Shown piece by piece: positions 36,211 through 49,962 of a stretch of DNA of 64,000 nucleotides. Both the position numbers and the translations under genes were made by a program. Every line of letters begins with the position of its first letter. The stretch's first letter is position 1. The stretch is from Callorhinchus milii (taxonomy: Eukaryota). Under the pieces are notes generated by a model that did not search any database, had not been told where the DNA came from, and saw only the letters and a list, made by a program, of their open reading frames with translations. The stretch lies in contig NW_024704742.1 in assembly GCF_018977255.1 (NCBI RefSeq), forward strand, positions 94,614,001 to 94,678,000. Reading direction: 5' to 3'.

Positions 36211-38109
36211 GTGTAAAGTTATTTTATTAATTAAATCTGAAGATGTATCAGTGACTGAAAAATGTCTATTAATGACATCAACTATTTCTCTACTTTTATT
36301 TGCAAGTGTTTCTGCTTGCTGCATTAAGTTCATCCTCACCTTTGCTTTTCACATAGCCTACATAGCATAAGCAGAGGTCAGGAATTTTATATCCGGGAGA
36401 ATTAGCACCTTTGACTTTCTGTTGGGTAGTAAAAAGAAACTGGACACATCAGAGGATATAAAGAACTAATCATTGTGTGAGAGAGTATGTACGACAGGCA
36501 GTTTTGACAGGTTACTTCCTGTGTGTAGTCTCGTGCTGAGTTAATTTTGCAGTTGGGAAAGTAATGTTAATGTTGTAGAAAAGGAAACTAAAAACAAATA
36601 CTTACCGGCTAGAGAAACTGGCAAAGGATTATTTCTTGGTATGTTTTCTGCTTTAAAAGTGCATGAATTATCCTCTTAAATCAAAATAATTGCTTACCAA
36701 TAATCAGCAATGCTGCTTCCGTCCTACTGCCTTCTTGATTAACATCTCCTTTGATGAATAGAAATAATTAATTTTCATTTGGTAGCTTTCCTTGTATTTT
36801 CTAAGCACGAGACAAATAACATGATATAGTTATGATCCAGAAGGGGAAATATTGAAATGCAAACATGAACAAGTGATTGTACCATTTCCGCTTCGCATAG
36901 CATAAATATGAAGTTGATTCTACGGTTATGGTTGGCAATGTAAATCTGGCTTTCATTCCATGCAAAGGACCATGATTTCCTACTAATTTCATTGTTACTG
37001 GGGAAGGCGTCCCATCTATTTCACGGACAATTGAGGTTCCACTGTAATTAATGCAAATTATCAAAATTGAGTGTGTTTTTGAGCTTGTGTGCTTCGCATT
37101 GTTGTAAAATATTGCATTTGTCACATTGAAATAAGGAATCTATTTGGATGCATTATACTTTCTCGTTCTGGAAGAAGCTATATGTTTTCAAATGAGGATT
37201 TTTTAACTTTAAAAATATAATCAAATGTGGAGGAATGTGCACAGAACACGTAGCAACAGGCGCAGAACAACAGGTAAACTGGGCGTCCAATTAGCACTAG
37301 GCAGAGGACTAAGCATCAATGTGTAATCTCATGCACACATTAAAGCGTTACCAATTTGGGCCAGTTACTTTATACTTTATACAGAGAGTGGTGAATATGC
37401 AGAATAGACAACCAAGAGAGGTGATTGCACGAGAAAGTTAAAGAAGAAATGGGGAAGCTAATTACTTGATTTAGGTGCATGAGACACAGTAGTGCATGTT
37501 TTTTGTATTACTTGCTTGACATTCAACCCTCACCTGTGGATTTCACTAAGCTGCCCGCTGTATACTCTTGCACAGGTGATGCAGTTAAAGCAGTGTAGTA
37601 AATGCTGGTTTTGTGATGAAGCAAATAAACCCCTGTCATGTTCTGACACTTTCAAACATCACCTGCAGTCTGACTCACCAATTGGCTCAACACATTAAAA
37701 GAAGCTTCTGACAATCATTTCCCAGACCCTTTCCTTGCTCTGTCTATCCTCCACATCTGTTCTCCAGTTTGCTGTAACTTTGCTCCATTTTCTGATTTTT
37801 AGTATTATTGCATCTGCCAGACTCTGTGGAACTCCACTTAAATCAATTGGGCTTCTGATGGCTTCACTTATGTATCACAAGCCCCTGAAAGAAAAGTATC
37901 ATAAAGCTTTGTGAATGCTGCATCACCTCACGTCCACACAATTGAGTCTTCTCAGAACAACCAATAAAATGACATGTAATCAAAATTCAAAGTGTACCTT
38001 AAAGCATGTAATTAACTCTGATGTATCGATAGATTTGTTTGCGTTAAGCACTTTAATGCAGCCTTTATTTCACTCTGTGGCTGACCGGTTTAACTTTATT
38101 GCTCATGAG

Positions 38110-38310
38110 ATAATAATAATAATCCTTGCATTTGATATAGCGCCTTATCTTCTAGACGTCTCCAAGTGCTTCACAGAATATACTGTAAAGTGAATTGACT
38201 GTATACTGTGTGGGCGAAACGTGGCAGCCAATTGTGCACAGCAGTGTCCCACAAACAGTCGTGGATTGAAGTGACCAATTTTATTGGGTTTTTTTCTTGA
38301 GGGATATTAG
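38110..38310 (-). mobile_element. 5'-truncated SINE copy
   Basis: (AAT)n-cccttgcatttgatatagcgc... is the reverse complement of the family tail. Confidence 0.85.
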
Positions 38311-39382
38311 TGGGTCAAATACACGTGGTGTAAAAGAAAATCTCTTTATGTACAGCAGATGGAGCTTACACACAAAAAGTCATTGAGTTGCAGACTTGTT
38401 GCCTATTCTATCAGATTCTTAGGAAATTGTGAGCACAGTGTGTTCCTAACAAGTCTTGTCAATTGTGTAAAAGCTACTTCCAAACTATGAAAGTACCAAC
38501 AATCTATATATTTTTCAGTTCTCGTAAGATCTGTGGCATAGCTTAATATTTAGTGTTATGTCAGTGATGGAAAATTGAACATTGATTTGTAGTTTGGGGT
38601 CATGTTAACTTAGCAATGCTTAGTTATTTACAGCATCTTTACAGATTACGTGAACAGACAACATTTTAGCCTGAAAATCAATATGTTAAACCACAGGAAT
38701 GCAAATGCCAACTCTTTCAGGATTAAAGGAGATTAACAAATGGTCTATCATAATTCAATTGCAATAACTCACTGTAAATGAATGATTTGTCATAATTCAA
38801 TGGTACAAATTTTCATTGCTAGATGAAAATCGCACATTAAAATGTGTGGCTTTGTGCATAAATTGTGGTGTCTAAAACACAGGGAAGTGTTTTGTTTTAT
38901 TTGGGGCAGCAGTTTCAATGACTAGGTGTTGATATTTTATTTAGAACAAATATGTAATATACTTTTCGTTCAAACCAAATTATAGTCTCTTCAGACTTGC
39001 CATTGTATGGAAATCTTGACAGCAGCAATGTAAAAGTAAGCTATCCAATTATTTGTAAAACTTACTACACCTTCTAGTAGGATTCACCTTTCCATATGGG
39101 TGAGAATGCACCATTTAGTCTTTACCTTAAGAGGGCACCACCAATAAGTCAACTCTGATAACAATACCCTTGAATTTATAAAAGTCTTAATTTTGGAAAA
39201 AAATCTTACATTTATATTCACAAAATATATTTTGTGTGTGAATGTATATTAGTTACAGATTAATAAAATGTAAATTACAAGACGTCATCATTTTAAAGAA
39301 GTAAAGAATTTGTTGCAAGGAACGAATTTTGGGGGAAAAAAATGACCATATCTGTAGTATATTAACATCTTTTTGTTAACAG

Positions 39383-39514
39383 ATAAAAAGTTTGGAGTCA
39401 AAGCCAGGATTAATGGAGCCTTAAGCATAACTCTAGGTTTGGTGAAGCAGAATTTACAGAACCTGAAGCTGATTCTTCCTTGTCTGCAGGTCCTACGAGC
39501 ATATTCTAGTAATT
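39383..39514 (+). CDS. AGTPBP1: AGTPBP1 exon ([44 protein letters not shown])
   Basis: aacag acceptor and T|GTAAGT donor; 132 nt. Confidence 0.95.
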
Positions 39515-40400
39515 GTAAGTGTTGAACATAAAAAGTGCCATCAGTGATTGTATCTTAACTAGAAGACACTGTCATTTTGCCTGACTCAGTGGTGCTCACA
39601 TATAGGAATTATTTATGGCTGTCCATAGTGGTTTAGATTGTACCAAGAAATTAACATCTTGGGTAACTTAGATGGTGGAATATCGGACTTGGGACCAGAG
39701 GGTTTTGGGTCCTAATCCCAGTCGGCCCACTCTGCCCCTTTACAGGTTGCTAAAATTAATACTCTGTTTAAAAAAAAAAAAATTTTCCTTGAGAATGGGG
39801 TGGAAGGTAAAGTATGTTTCCTCAGGTTTAAATGCTTGCAGGATGGTTGATGATGAACTGTACAGTTTGCTTGAGTTTGTGAAGCCTTGTAAGAAGTTTC
39901 ACGTTTGTACGAGTCAGAATTTGATAACCTAATTATTTTCATGTACAACTAGAGTGGACCACAGTAGCCTAGTTAAAGCAATCAATAATGAAACTGTAAT
40001 TACATAAATTCATAAATGTCGATGTACATTGAGTATTTTATTTTTGTATTACTGTTCTCAAACTTTCATTCACTTTTTGTTGTATTTTTGTTCAGTGACT
40101 GAAAGCTGAACCACAGTTTTCTGAACCATTAACTTTGTATTGTTTAAAATACACTGCAACCCAGGCCATATATCTATCTGAATAATATTCTACTTGATGG
40201 AAACATAATGAGAAAATCTTGTATCTATAGCTTTTTAAAACCATTCTTTTGGTTTAAATTGTCACAGATATAACGAATGCAATATATATTAAGTTACAGT
40301 ATTTAGATTTGAATTTGAAAATAATGTACGTGTATACTGGACAATAATAAATGCTCATGCGACGGACGCTGTGTAATTTGTAACTACTAATTTTTTTCAG

Positions 40401-40494
40401 CTGTTAATGCAGTGTCCTTGGGTAAAAATGGTGTCGTGGAGCTTATGTTTAAGATTATTGCTCCTTTTAGCAAGAAGAACACTGGTCTTACAAA
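40401..40494 (+). CDS. AGTPBP1: AGTPBP1 exon ([32 protein letters not shown])
   Basis: tttttcag acceptor and AA|GTAAGT donor; 94 nt. Confidence 0.95.
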
Positions 40495-40769
40495 GTAAGT
40501 AATATTTCAATACATGTATGTGAAGTAACTCAATGATTTTTAAAAAAATAATTTTCACAAGTTAATTGGGAATTGTTTGATCTTTAAAATGGATTTTGAA
40601 AATTGTTTAATTATTAAAACTCCCTCCAAGTATGGTAAAAGCAAATACAGTCATGCAGTTATCATGATGAATATATGGATAGATATTTGTTAGGTCAGGG
40701 TATTAAGGGATATGGGACAAGGCTGGATAATTGGACTTGAATTACAGATCAGCCAGGATCTGATAGAGA

Positions 40770-41004
40770 TACTCCACACGCCTAATAATAATCCCTCCAA
40801 AAAAACAAAAACAATAATTAAATTGGTCATTTTCAATCTACGACTGTTTGTGGGACATTGCTGTGCGCAATTGGCTGCCGCGTTCGCCCACAAATATACA
40901 GTCAATTCACTTTACAGTGTGTTCTGTGAAGCGCTTTGGGACGTCCTCCTGACGTGAAAAGCGCTATATCAAATGCAAGGATTATTATTATTATTATTAT
41001 TATT
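40770..41004 (+). mobile_element. Young 5'-truncated SINE inserted into a CR1 3' UTR (40650-41060)
   Basis: Nearly identical to the 14415-14640 segment. The CR1 tail 'gatcagcca...aatggtggaacaggctcgagggctgaatg' is split around it. Confidence 0.9.
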
Positions 41005-43589
41005 AATGGTGGAACAGGCTCGAGGGCTGAATGACCAACTCCTGTTTCTACGTTTCTAATAAAACAAAGAATGACTAACATAACCCGAAGTTTAAAAGGT
41101 TAATAATTTAATAACTTACCATACATATACTTGCTTTCCCTTACAGGTGCCAGTTGTAATTCTGTAATAGGGCAGGTGTTTATTTTCTATTTCAGCGGTT
41201 GAGATTTGGTTTGTGGATCCACATCATATAACCCATGGGTTGACCTGTGGCTTTGCAAATATAATCATGGATTCTTGTCAAACCACCACAGCATAGGAAG
41301 GGGCTGGCTTAAAAAAGATGAGCAGTTTTCAGCTTTCAGAACTTGGAAATTTAAATAAAAATAATATAAATTACAACAACATACATTTATATAGCACCGT
41401 TCACATTAGTAGGGTCTTGGAATATTTACTTGAATGTAATTAGATGTAATGAAATCTAATGTAATCAGATGTAATTAAATCTATTGGGTTTTGCTCAATG
41501 TCTGGTGGTGATCTATTATAGCTGTACCATTTATTGGCATATATCTGGTTAGCTTTGTGAGTGGTAGAGACACCAGTGATACAAATATGGGGTAAAACAT
41601 TTTAATGGGGTTACATATGCCATTTGCACTACACATGAGTTTATTTATTGAATCAATGTTATTAATTGCTTTGAGGTTATTTTGAAGGCAAGGGTATGAA
41701 TATGGGAGGCATAGATTGCAACTAAGTCTTCCAAGTCTGACTTGAATGTCTGGAAAGGCGAAAGAAATAGTTTTTCTGCTTTGGGTGTACAAATATTGGA
41801 AAGTCATTGAAACCTGATGCCTATTTTTATAATCCTTAATATCTTAAATATTATATTCAAATTGCTACTTTTGCTGAGTGCTGAGACTCTCCCTGTCTTT
41901 TGGTTATTTTTAAAACTATATATTGAGTTGTTGCAGTTCTGTTGACCAGCTGAGCACCCTGATCGTCCTGCTCACGTGACTCTTTCCATTCATTGATGAG
42001 ACTGCCCCAGTTCATTTAAGTTACTTGGGAATTTATTTTTTTCACAAATTGTATACACAGAAGAGTAGTGGCTCCAGCTTTCAATAGGGAAAAGCTTACA
42101 ACAATTCCTGTCTAATATTGCAAGCCTTTATAGGCTGGGCTCCAAATTCCTCTGTGGTGGCCAATACAAACAGAGTAAAACAGAAATTATGTAGTGTACA
42201 GGAATCCCAACTCTTTTTGAGGCAAGCCTCTATGGCAGGCTTTGTTTGTGTGTGTGTGTCTCTCTCTCTTTCTCTCTATAACATTCTTTCTCTTGACTCT
42301 ATGGTTCGTTTGACTTCTTGTGACTAACCCCACACTATTGTTTATAATATAATAATATATACAATATATAATAATATAAAAATCTCAACACTTACTTTTT
42401 CACTGGGGTGGGGGGATTCACTGCAATAGTTAATAGAAACATAGTGAGGGAAGCTTAGCCTTTCTAGCATTCAATGTTGGGTTGTCACTGCAGCAGAATA
42501 ATGACTCAATACAGCTCAACCAAACTGGCAAAGTTGTGTTGCTAAACTGCAACCAGACTGAAAGGCTGAATAAACATAAAATGAGGGTTTGCAGAGAACA
42601 CGACCGGCTTCAGCCCAAACCATTATGTTAAAATTTGGGTGGTTAAAATATGGTGGGGGGGGGGGGAAGGATGTCATTCCAAAGAATTTGTTAATAACCA
42701 CAATTCATTTCTGAATTACACTTGTTGACAGTGTGATAATGGGTAAGCATTCATAGTTGGTGATATTTAGCACATCACTTGTGACATTTTTCACCCCTCT
42801 ACCTTAAACTAGAAATGAAAAGTCATGGCAGAAATGTCTTCTTGTCAATGTTCTTGATCCATAATTGGTTGGAGCATAGCTGAATTATAGTAATGTGTCT
42901 TGATTACATTCTCTGCCTGAAGTAGAAATATGTTTAATGTACAACACAGGGTCTGTCAGGGTCTTGTATTTCAGAAAGTGTAACTATTAATGTAGGGAAT
43001 TGATGATTCATGGATTTACCAAACCTCTTGAGTTATAACTTGTTAACATCTGTTCCTCTTTATCCTCTTCAGAAAGACGAGTGATTACTGTATATTCAAA
43101 TGAAATGTCCTCAACTCTAGTTTGAAAATCAGATTTATGATATCCATTAACTAAAATAGATTACTGGATAAAATTGTTGCAGAGTACCACTGAATCTCCT
43201 TTTCAAAGTTAAAAAGAATTTGCAATGGCCACTGTACTTTTAAATTGTTATTTAATGAACTAAGTGGCATCTAGGATGACATTGCAAAGCACTAATTCTT
43301 TTAACTTCTTTCCAATTTTAATGCTGCAAATTAGAATGATAGTTCACAAGGCGTTTTAAGTGTGTGTCTTGAGAGTTAATGCAGTGAAATCTTCCTAATG
43401 ATGGTATCTTTCAGTCCATTTCCAGTACTTTAACGGGAATCAGCCTCAAAATGCCTTTCTCCATATTTCTCACAAATGGAACTCTTGCACTGAGTTTGTG
43501 AATCCAGGTCAATGTATACAAGGAACAGAAGGGACCCCACAATAGATACAGTACTTTTCTATGTGATCCAGCAATACAATATTTATAAA

Positions 43590-43880
43590 AGAATTTTTAA
43601 ATTTGATATAGCACCTTTCTTATCAGGAAGATGGCTTAAAAGTGCTTCATAGGATTACAAAGAAAAGTTTAGTGAATATAATTTATAAGCGTATGTGACA
43701 GCAGATTTAGACACGCCAATATCCCACAAATGGCCACAACGTGAAAGAACAATTTCACTTCTGGGATTATTAACCAGGACACCTGGAGAAACTCCCTTTT
43801 CTTTTCAAATAGCTCTGTGGGATCTTTGTCGTCTACCTGAACAGGCAGACAGTTTTAACTTCTCATCTAAAGAAGTAACA
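43590..43880 (-). mobile_element. DeuSINE-like copy, degenerate
   Basis: ccaggacacctggagaaactccc...gggatcttt..cgtctacctgaacaggcagac. Confidence 0.6.
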
Positions 43881-44175
43881 CTATAAAATGTTACTTTTGT
43901 AAACAGTACTCTTTTGTAAACATTCAATAGTTGTGTAGTGCAATAAATATTAGATATAAATAGACTTAATGAACTTTTACCAAAATTATGAAGATTTAAG
44001 TTTAAAACTAAACCATACTTTTCATAATCTGGTTTTATATTGAAGAAATCTTTTTTGTTTTCTGTTTTGATTTTGTCAGTCTTGGAGGAGAGTATTGTAT
44101 TTATTCCTGTCACCATTTGTAGAATTTATTGTATTTATGTTATGGTTGCATCCTATGGAATGTGTTGTTTTACAG

Positions 44176-44213
44176 GGTCTCTTTAGACACATTGGCGGCA
44201 TTGCTGAAGTCGA
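44176..44213 (+). CDS. AGTPBP1: AGTPBP1 small exon (VSLDTLAALLKS)
   Basis: tttacag acceptor and A|GTAAGT donor; 38 nt; matches the recalled VALDTLAALLKS. Confidence 0.93.
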
Positions 44214-44849
44214 GTAAGTGCTTTATCTGGTTATATACAGTATATAAGTTAACTATTAAAGATGGGCATCATTTTTCACAATTCTTCTTGTTAACTTCCT
44301 CCCTCCACTCTTGAAGACATTGCCTCTTGCTGGTGTATATTTTCATAGACACCTCTTTAGAGTAATCAGTGTTTGTGTGTGTGTTGTGAGAACCCAACAG
44401 TGTTGTCATTGTTATTCATTAACCTGTGGGGAGCAATAAAGCCTAGCCCGATCCTTGTACTGATAGCATTCACACACATGCATTTGTTGACTTGAATCAC
44501 TGTTCAGCTAGCAGGAGCTCTGATTATTTTCCTTTCCATAGTCCAATATTACTGAGTTCCATTTCTATCGGGACACTTTTTTTAAAACAGTGTATTGTAG
44601 AAGAAACTGCTGCTTTCCATTTCATTTCAGTTGCTTTTTGGACCATTTAAGTTGGTGAAATTTACTTTACCTTTGGTTGTGAAAGAGTAACCGTGAAGCC
44701 TAACTTTTTCAGTCTCCTCTTGTTTAGTTTTATATGTATAAATAGCCCAGATTGATGCATCCCGCTGGGTAAATTTGAAAAAGGGTTCTCAGTGTTCAGC
44801 AGACTGTTCTCAGTGAGTGCAAATGGTAATATGAAAGTAGAAATTACAC

Positions 44850-45760
44850 ATTCAGCAGGTCAGGCAGCATCTATGGAGAAAGGAAAGTGAGTCAACGTTT
44901 CGGGTCCAAGACCTTTTGTCAGAGCTGGGGCATGTTGGGAGGGAGAGGCTTTTAAGGGTTAACAAAGCGTGGGGATGCAGGGCAAGGAAAACAAAGGGGA
45001 AAATGGGGTAGAGGACAGGAGATGATGGGTTAAAGAGGTGTTAATAATGCAAAACAGTGTGGGGGATTGCAACAAAACAGGCAGACCAGAGAGAGAAAAG
45101 GTGTGTCTGGGACCCAGATGGTAATGGTCACCAAAGAAGGGGAGGGTGAAGTTGAGCTGTTATGGTCTGTAATTGTTGAAATCAATATTGAGGCCAGAGG
45201 GCAGATAAATGAGGTGCTATTCCTTGAGCTTGCGCTGTGGCTCATTGGAACAGCGTAGGAGACAGTGGATGGAGAGGTCAGTGTGTGAGTGGGAGGGAGA
45301 GTTGAAGTGGCAAGAAGCTGGAAGCTCAGGGTTGTGTTTGTGGACAGAACGGAGGTGTTCGGCAAATTGGTCACCCAATTTACGTTTTGTCTCCCCAATG
45401 TAGAGGAGACCACATCGTGAGCAGCAAATGCAGTAAACTACATTGGTGGTATTACACGTAAATTGCTGACTCACTTGAAATTTGTGTTTGGGGCCCTGGA
45501 CAGTGGAATGGGAGGAAGTGAAAAGGCAGGTATTGCATTTCCTGCGCTGGCATGGGAAGGTGCCAGGGAGAGGAGAGCAATTGTTGGTGGTGAAGGAGGA
45601 ATGAACCAAGCAGTCACAGAGGGAACGGTCCCTTCGGAATGGTGGGAGGGGAGGGAAAGATATGCTTAGTGGTTGGATCACGCTGGAGGTGCTGGAAATG
45701 GCAGAGAGTTATTTGTTGGATGTTGTGTCTGGTGGGGTAGGAGGTGAGGACTAAGGGTAT
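44850..45760 (-). mobile_element. Penelope-like retroelement 3' fragment: GIY-YIG endonuclease and pseudo-LTR
   Basis: ORF 45217..45681 contains PC..RKCNTC...FTC.TTNVVYCI.C.RCGLLYIGETKR.L..F.EH...HFN. ORF 45614..45898 contains IPLVLTSYP. Confidence 0.9.
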
Positions 45761-45890
45761 AGAGAGCAGGGGGTAGAGAGTCGAGAGGGGAGCTGAAGGC
45801 ACGGTCAAAGAGAAAGGTCTTGAGACCAGCCTTGAAGGAGGAAAGGGAGGAGGCAAGGCGAAGGCACTGGGGGATAGAGTTCCAGAGCCA
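45761..45890 (-). mobile_element. Tail-less L2 3' fragment abutting the Penelope fragment
   Basis: Nearly identical to 7690-7805. Confidence 0.85.
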
Positions 45891-46134
45891 GTCGTCAATA
45901 TATCTGAGGAACAGGTCAGGGAATGGACCTGAGTAAGATGACTGAGGCCCCTTTAAGATGATTGTTTTTACATCAATCCTCCATCCCGCTTGTCACTGCA
46001 AGAAATCTTTGCAAACAAGGAAATGTGCGAGTTACATGAGATGCTTTATACAGAAGTGATTGCATAGTGCGATTAATAAATAACATATGTTTATTTCTAT
46101 TTAGAAATGTTTTAAAATTTTTATTTCATAATAG

Positions 46135-46343
46135 ACACCAATGCAAGACGGGCAGTGGAAAGAGGATACCTTCCGCTTCTTCTCACGATTTATCTTGATT
46201 GGCACCGGCACGACACTAGGCACAGACACATGTTGATTCGTAAGGGAGTTTTAACCTGCATCAAAAATATCACCAATATCAAGCTTGGCAGAAAAGCTTT
46301 TATTGATGCTGATGGGATGAAGGTCTTGTATAATACTTCTCAA
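46135..46343 (+). CDS. AGTPBP1: AGTPBP1 exon ([26 protein letters not shown]...MKVLYNTSQ)
   Basis: atag acceptor and CAA|GTACGT donor; 209 nt; overlaps ORF 46155..46418. Confidence 0.95.
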
Positions 46344-47733
46344 GTACGTGTCTGCATTTCTATTGAAATAGTGTGCAATTATGTTGACATAATAACCTGT
46401 GTTGAAAGCTGGACATGATACCCATTAAGATTTGACTTTGAATATGAGCATTTGTCTTCATTTAAAATGAATATAGATGGCTATTTGGAAGCTATTAAAG
46501 TCACGTGTGCCGGCTTTTGTAACCACCGACTGCTAAGTGATAAAATCGACGTAATCTTTGCTTATGTTTCTGACAAAAAGGTTTTGATATGGTGATAATA
46601 AACCAAAGAAACAATATGTTATTGGAGCAATGCTTGTTAAAAGAACAAATACCAAGACAATGCTAAAACAGATGATAATTTGGTACTACTGTAGATGCTG
46701 CAAAGAAAAACTTTTGGGTCAAGGATAATTTTATTGAGGAAATATCTGGCAAATTGTTGGTGTCTGTTGCCAGGATTGGATTCAGAGGATTAGAAACAAA
46801 CTACAGGTGTACTAGGTGTAGGGGAAGGCATAGTAAGTAATATGAGCAGCAGATTGCAAGTAGCTCTAGTTGGGGCTTGTATTTGAAGCTGATGCTAACT
46901 ATCAAAGCTGGTCTATGAATAATAGCCTTTTAGGTGATTTACCAGAGAGCAATCGGTGGCTATTGGAACTGTTAGTAAAAGAAAAGCTAAATCAGGTGCC
47001 TTCAGGTGATATAAAATTATCCTTGCATTTGATATAGTACCTTATGTTATCAAAATGTCTAAATGTTTCTAGGGCTTTACTGAAAAATTTGATAATTGTA
47101 TTGATAGGCAAACTTGAAGGCAGCCAATTAGTTTTCCACTAAACGCCAATGCTCATGTTGCAGCATTGTTCCCCAAATTCTGCTACTGCTTTAGTACACC
47201 AACAAATGAGCAATTCTTGATTTGTGAGTCTAGACAATAAGTCTCAGTCTATTCAACCATGGTGGGTGTGACGGGTGGAGAGCAAACGGCATGGCTGTCG
47301 AGGGCTGTCCTTGTCCTGATTCATTGTCATATATATTCTTTCATTTTGGGCTATTAGATACTAATCAGAAAACTAATACCCGAGCAAGCTTAGTTTCTAG
47401 GCTTAGTTTCTGGAGAAACTAGGCTATTCAGGATAGACTAGGGATCCAATTTCTATGTTATACTGTACATTGACTGAGAGTGTCCGTTTGTCTGATTTAC
47501 TCATCAGTTTAGACATTTTTGGGGCACTTAACTAGTGTTGGAACATTCATGCCAAACTATTGTATTTAGATGTATATATCCTGTGTGTGTATATGAGCGA
47601 TGTATACAGAAACACGCAGCATGCAAATGCATATATATTTTTTAAAAAGTTTCAAAACAATAATACAATAAGTTACTAATGCAACTGTGAAGTATTTCTT
47701 CCTTCTATTTAATTGTTCTGTTTTATTTTAAAG

Positions 47734-47911
47734 GAATGCCTTTCAGTGAGAACACTGGATCCTCTGGTCAATATATCCAGCCTAATAATGAGAAAATGCT
47801 TCCCTAAAAACCGTCTTCCAATTCCAACCATTAAAAGCGTCTACCAATTCCAGTTAAAAGTGATACCAGCAAGTGGTCCTGTAGCACAGCTTTATAGCTT
47901 ACCTCCTGATG
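47734..47911 (+). CDS. AGTPBP1: AGTPBP1 exon ([29 protein letters not shown]...QLYSLPPD)
   Basis: ttttaaag acceptor and G|GTAGGT donor; 178 nt; lies within ORF 47713..47958. Confidence 0.95.
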
Positions 47912-48194
47912 GTAGGTATTTGAATGTGCAAACCATACCATTAAATAAGTGCACATGAGGAAACCAAAGTGAGTGTGTTACATTGGGGACCGGTTACAGT
48001 TGCAAAAATAAGAGAAGGAAAGGTGCAAAAGCTGCCTGCTTTCCCCGAATTCTCTGAACTCAGCACAAATAGTTCATTCATTGATGCCTTTTCACCTAAA
48101 GAAACAAGATTAGCTTTTTGTTTAATTCCACAGAAAAGTAGTTATCAATGCAATTGGGTTAGTTTGTCCTGAGAATTGCACTAATTTTGCTAAT

Positions 48195-49150
48195 GGGTTC
48201 TCCCGACACGCACCATCACCCGTGGTGTTTCTCAGGGCTCTGTCCTTGGACCTCTCTTTTTATTTACATGCTTCCCCTCAATGATGTCATCTGCAGACAC
48301 AGGGTTAACTTCGAATGGCACCCAACTCTATCCCTCTGCCTGTATCTTTAATTCCAGGACCATTGCTGTTCTGACTGATTGCCTGTCAGACGTTAACCAC
48401 TGGATGACAGCTAGCTTTTTCCAGTCGAATGTTGACAAGATGGAGGATCTCCTGCTTGGCTCCCATTAGTGCTTCCTCACCTTTGGCAGTAACAGCATTA
48501 TCCTACGTGGTTGAACCCTCATAGAGCCAGTGTGGAACTTCAGTGTCATATTCAACTCTCAGCTGTCGTTTAAACCTCACAATTGTGCCTTGACCCATTC
48601 AGCTTTCTGCCATCTCTGCAATATTGACCCTCTCCATTACAACCTCTCCCACCGAGACCCTTATCCATGCTTTAATCACATCCAGGTTTGATTTCGCCAA
48701 TTCTCTGCTCACTGGACATTCTAGCTCTTAACCTCTGGAAACCATCTGGAACTCTGGAGCTTGTGTTCTGTCCCGCACTGGGCTCTGCAATAGCCCTCAT
48801 CCTTGCCCAGTTCCACCAGCTCCCCATCCCCCAGAGGATTGAGTTCAAGATTCTTGTCTTCACTTTTAAATTGCACCATAGTTTTGCTTCACCCTACCTC
48901 TGACCTTCTAAAACACTATCAACCTGCCCACTCCCTGCGCTCGATAGGCGCTGGCTTGCTTCACACCGTACCCTGCTCATCCCACCATCGGTGGTCGGGT
49001 CTTCAGCCTCTCTGACCCCACTCTGCCTCACCCGTTCCCTCACTTTCTTCAAGGTCCGTCTCAAGACCTTCCTCTTTGATTATGCCATCGGTCATCTTCC
49101 CACTCCCACCCCCACTAGCCCACTCCCACCCCTCCTGAATCCAATCCCCA
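48195..49150 (+). mobile_element. Degenerate L2 RT/3' fragment
   Basis: ggtgtttctcagggctctgtccttgg (GVxQGSVLG); translation LPIPQRIEFKIL. Confidence 0.85.
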
Positions 49151-49867
49151 GCTTGAGTGTAAACCCTCAACTGCGCAGGTGGAGGAAGGGGATGGTCAAG
49201 GGCCAGTTGAAAACTTAAAGTAATGCTACGAGTCAAACAAATCACCAAGGTTGTGGCCTAGCTCTGAGAGTTGGAGCCAGCAGCTGAGAAAGAGGTGAGG
49301 AGACACTGGTGGGTGGGAACTGAGCAATATTTAGCAAAGGAGTACAAACTGAATGAATTTGTTCAGCAATTTGTTACAGCTGTAATGGAGGGTTAGAGAT
49401 AGAGAAAGGCAGGGGGAGAGGAATATATATATTTAAAAAGAATCCCGGCACATGAATGGTACCTTACATATGTTTTAAACTTCTATGCTGCCATTAGCAG
49501 GTGTGCAGAAAGTTAGGGTACAAGTAGGGATATTAATTATGCTACGCTTAATATTTCAACAGAAATCATATTAACTTGTTAACTAAATGAGTCAAACATT
49601 TGTTTTACAAAGCCATAGGGCTCAATGATCTCAAGTTATGTGAATTGGAAGCTCAATTCCAGAATTTAATTCAATCTTGATTTGGAAGCTTAGCTTGTTT
49701 TACAATCTGCGGGGAGGCTGGCTAAATGCAGTGATGCTGTGATAGAGACCTAGATACAGGTATCCGTTTGTCTCTCACCAAATCATGTTTGAATGGCCTT
49801 CTGTACTGTAAGGTTCTATGATTACTGGTTGATTACTTCACGTTAAAATGGTCTTTCCTTGTTTTAG

Positions 49868-49962
49868 TGGATGACGTTGTAGATGAAAGTGATGACAATG
49901 ATGACATTGAGACTGAAATAGACAATGAAAATGAAGATGAAGATAAAGATGAAAACCTGAAG
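49868..49962 (+). CDS. AGTPBP1: AGTPBP1 acidic exon (VDDVVDESDDNDDIETEIDNENEDEDKDENLK)
   Basis: ttttag acceptor and AAG|GTGGTG donor; 95 nt. Confidence 0.92.

Noticed and set aside
36801..37124. 107-aa minus-strand ORF in apparently unique intronic DNA
   Set aside because: No recognisable domain and no splice or promoter support; probably a chance ORF.
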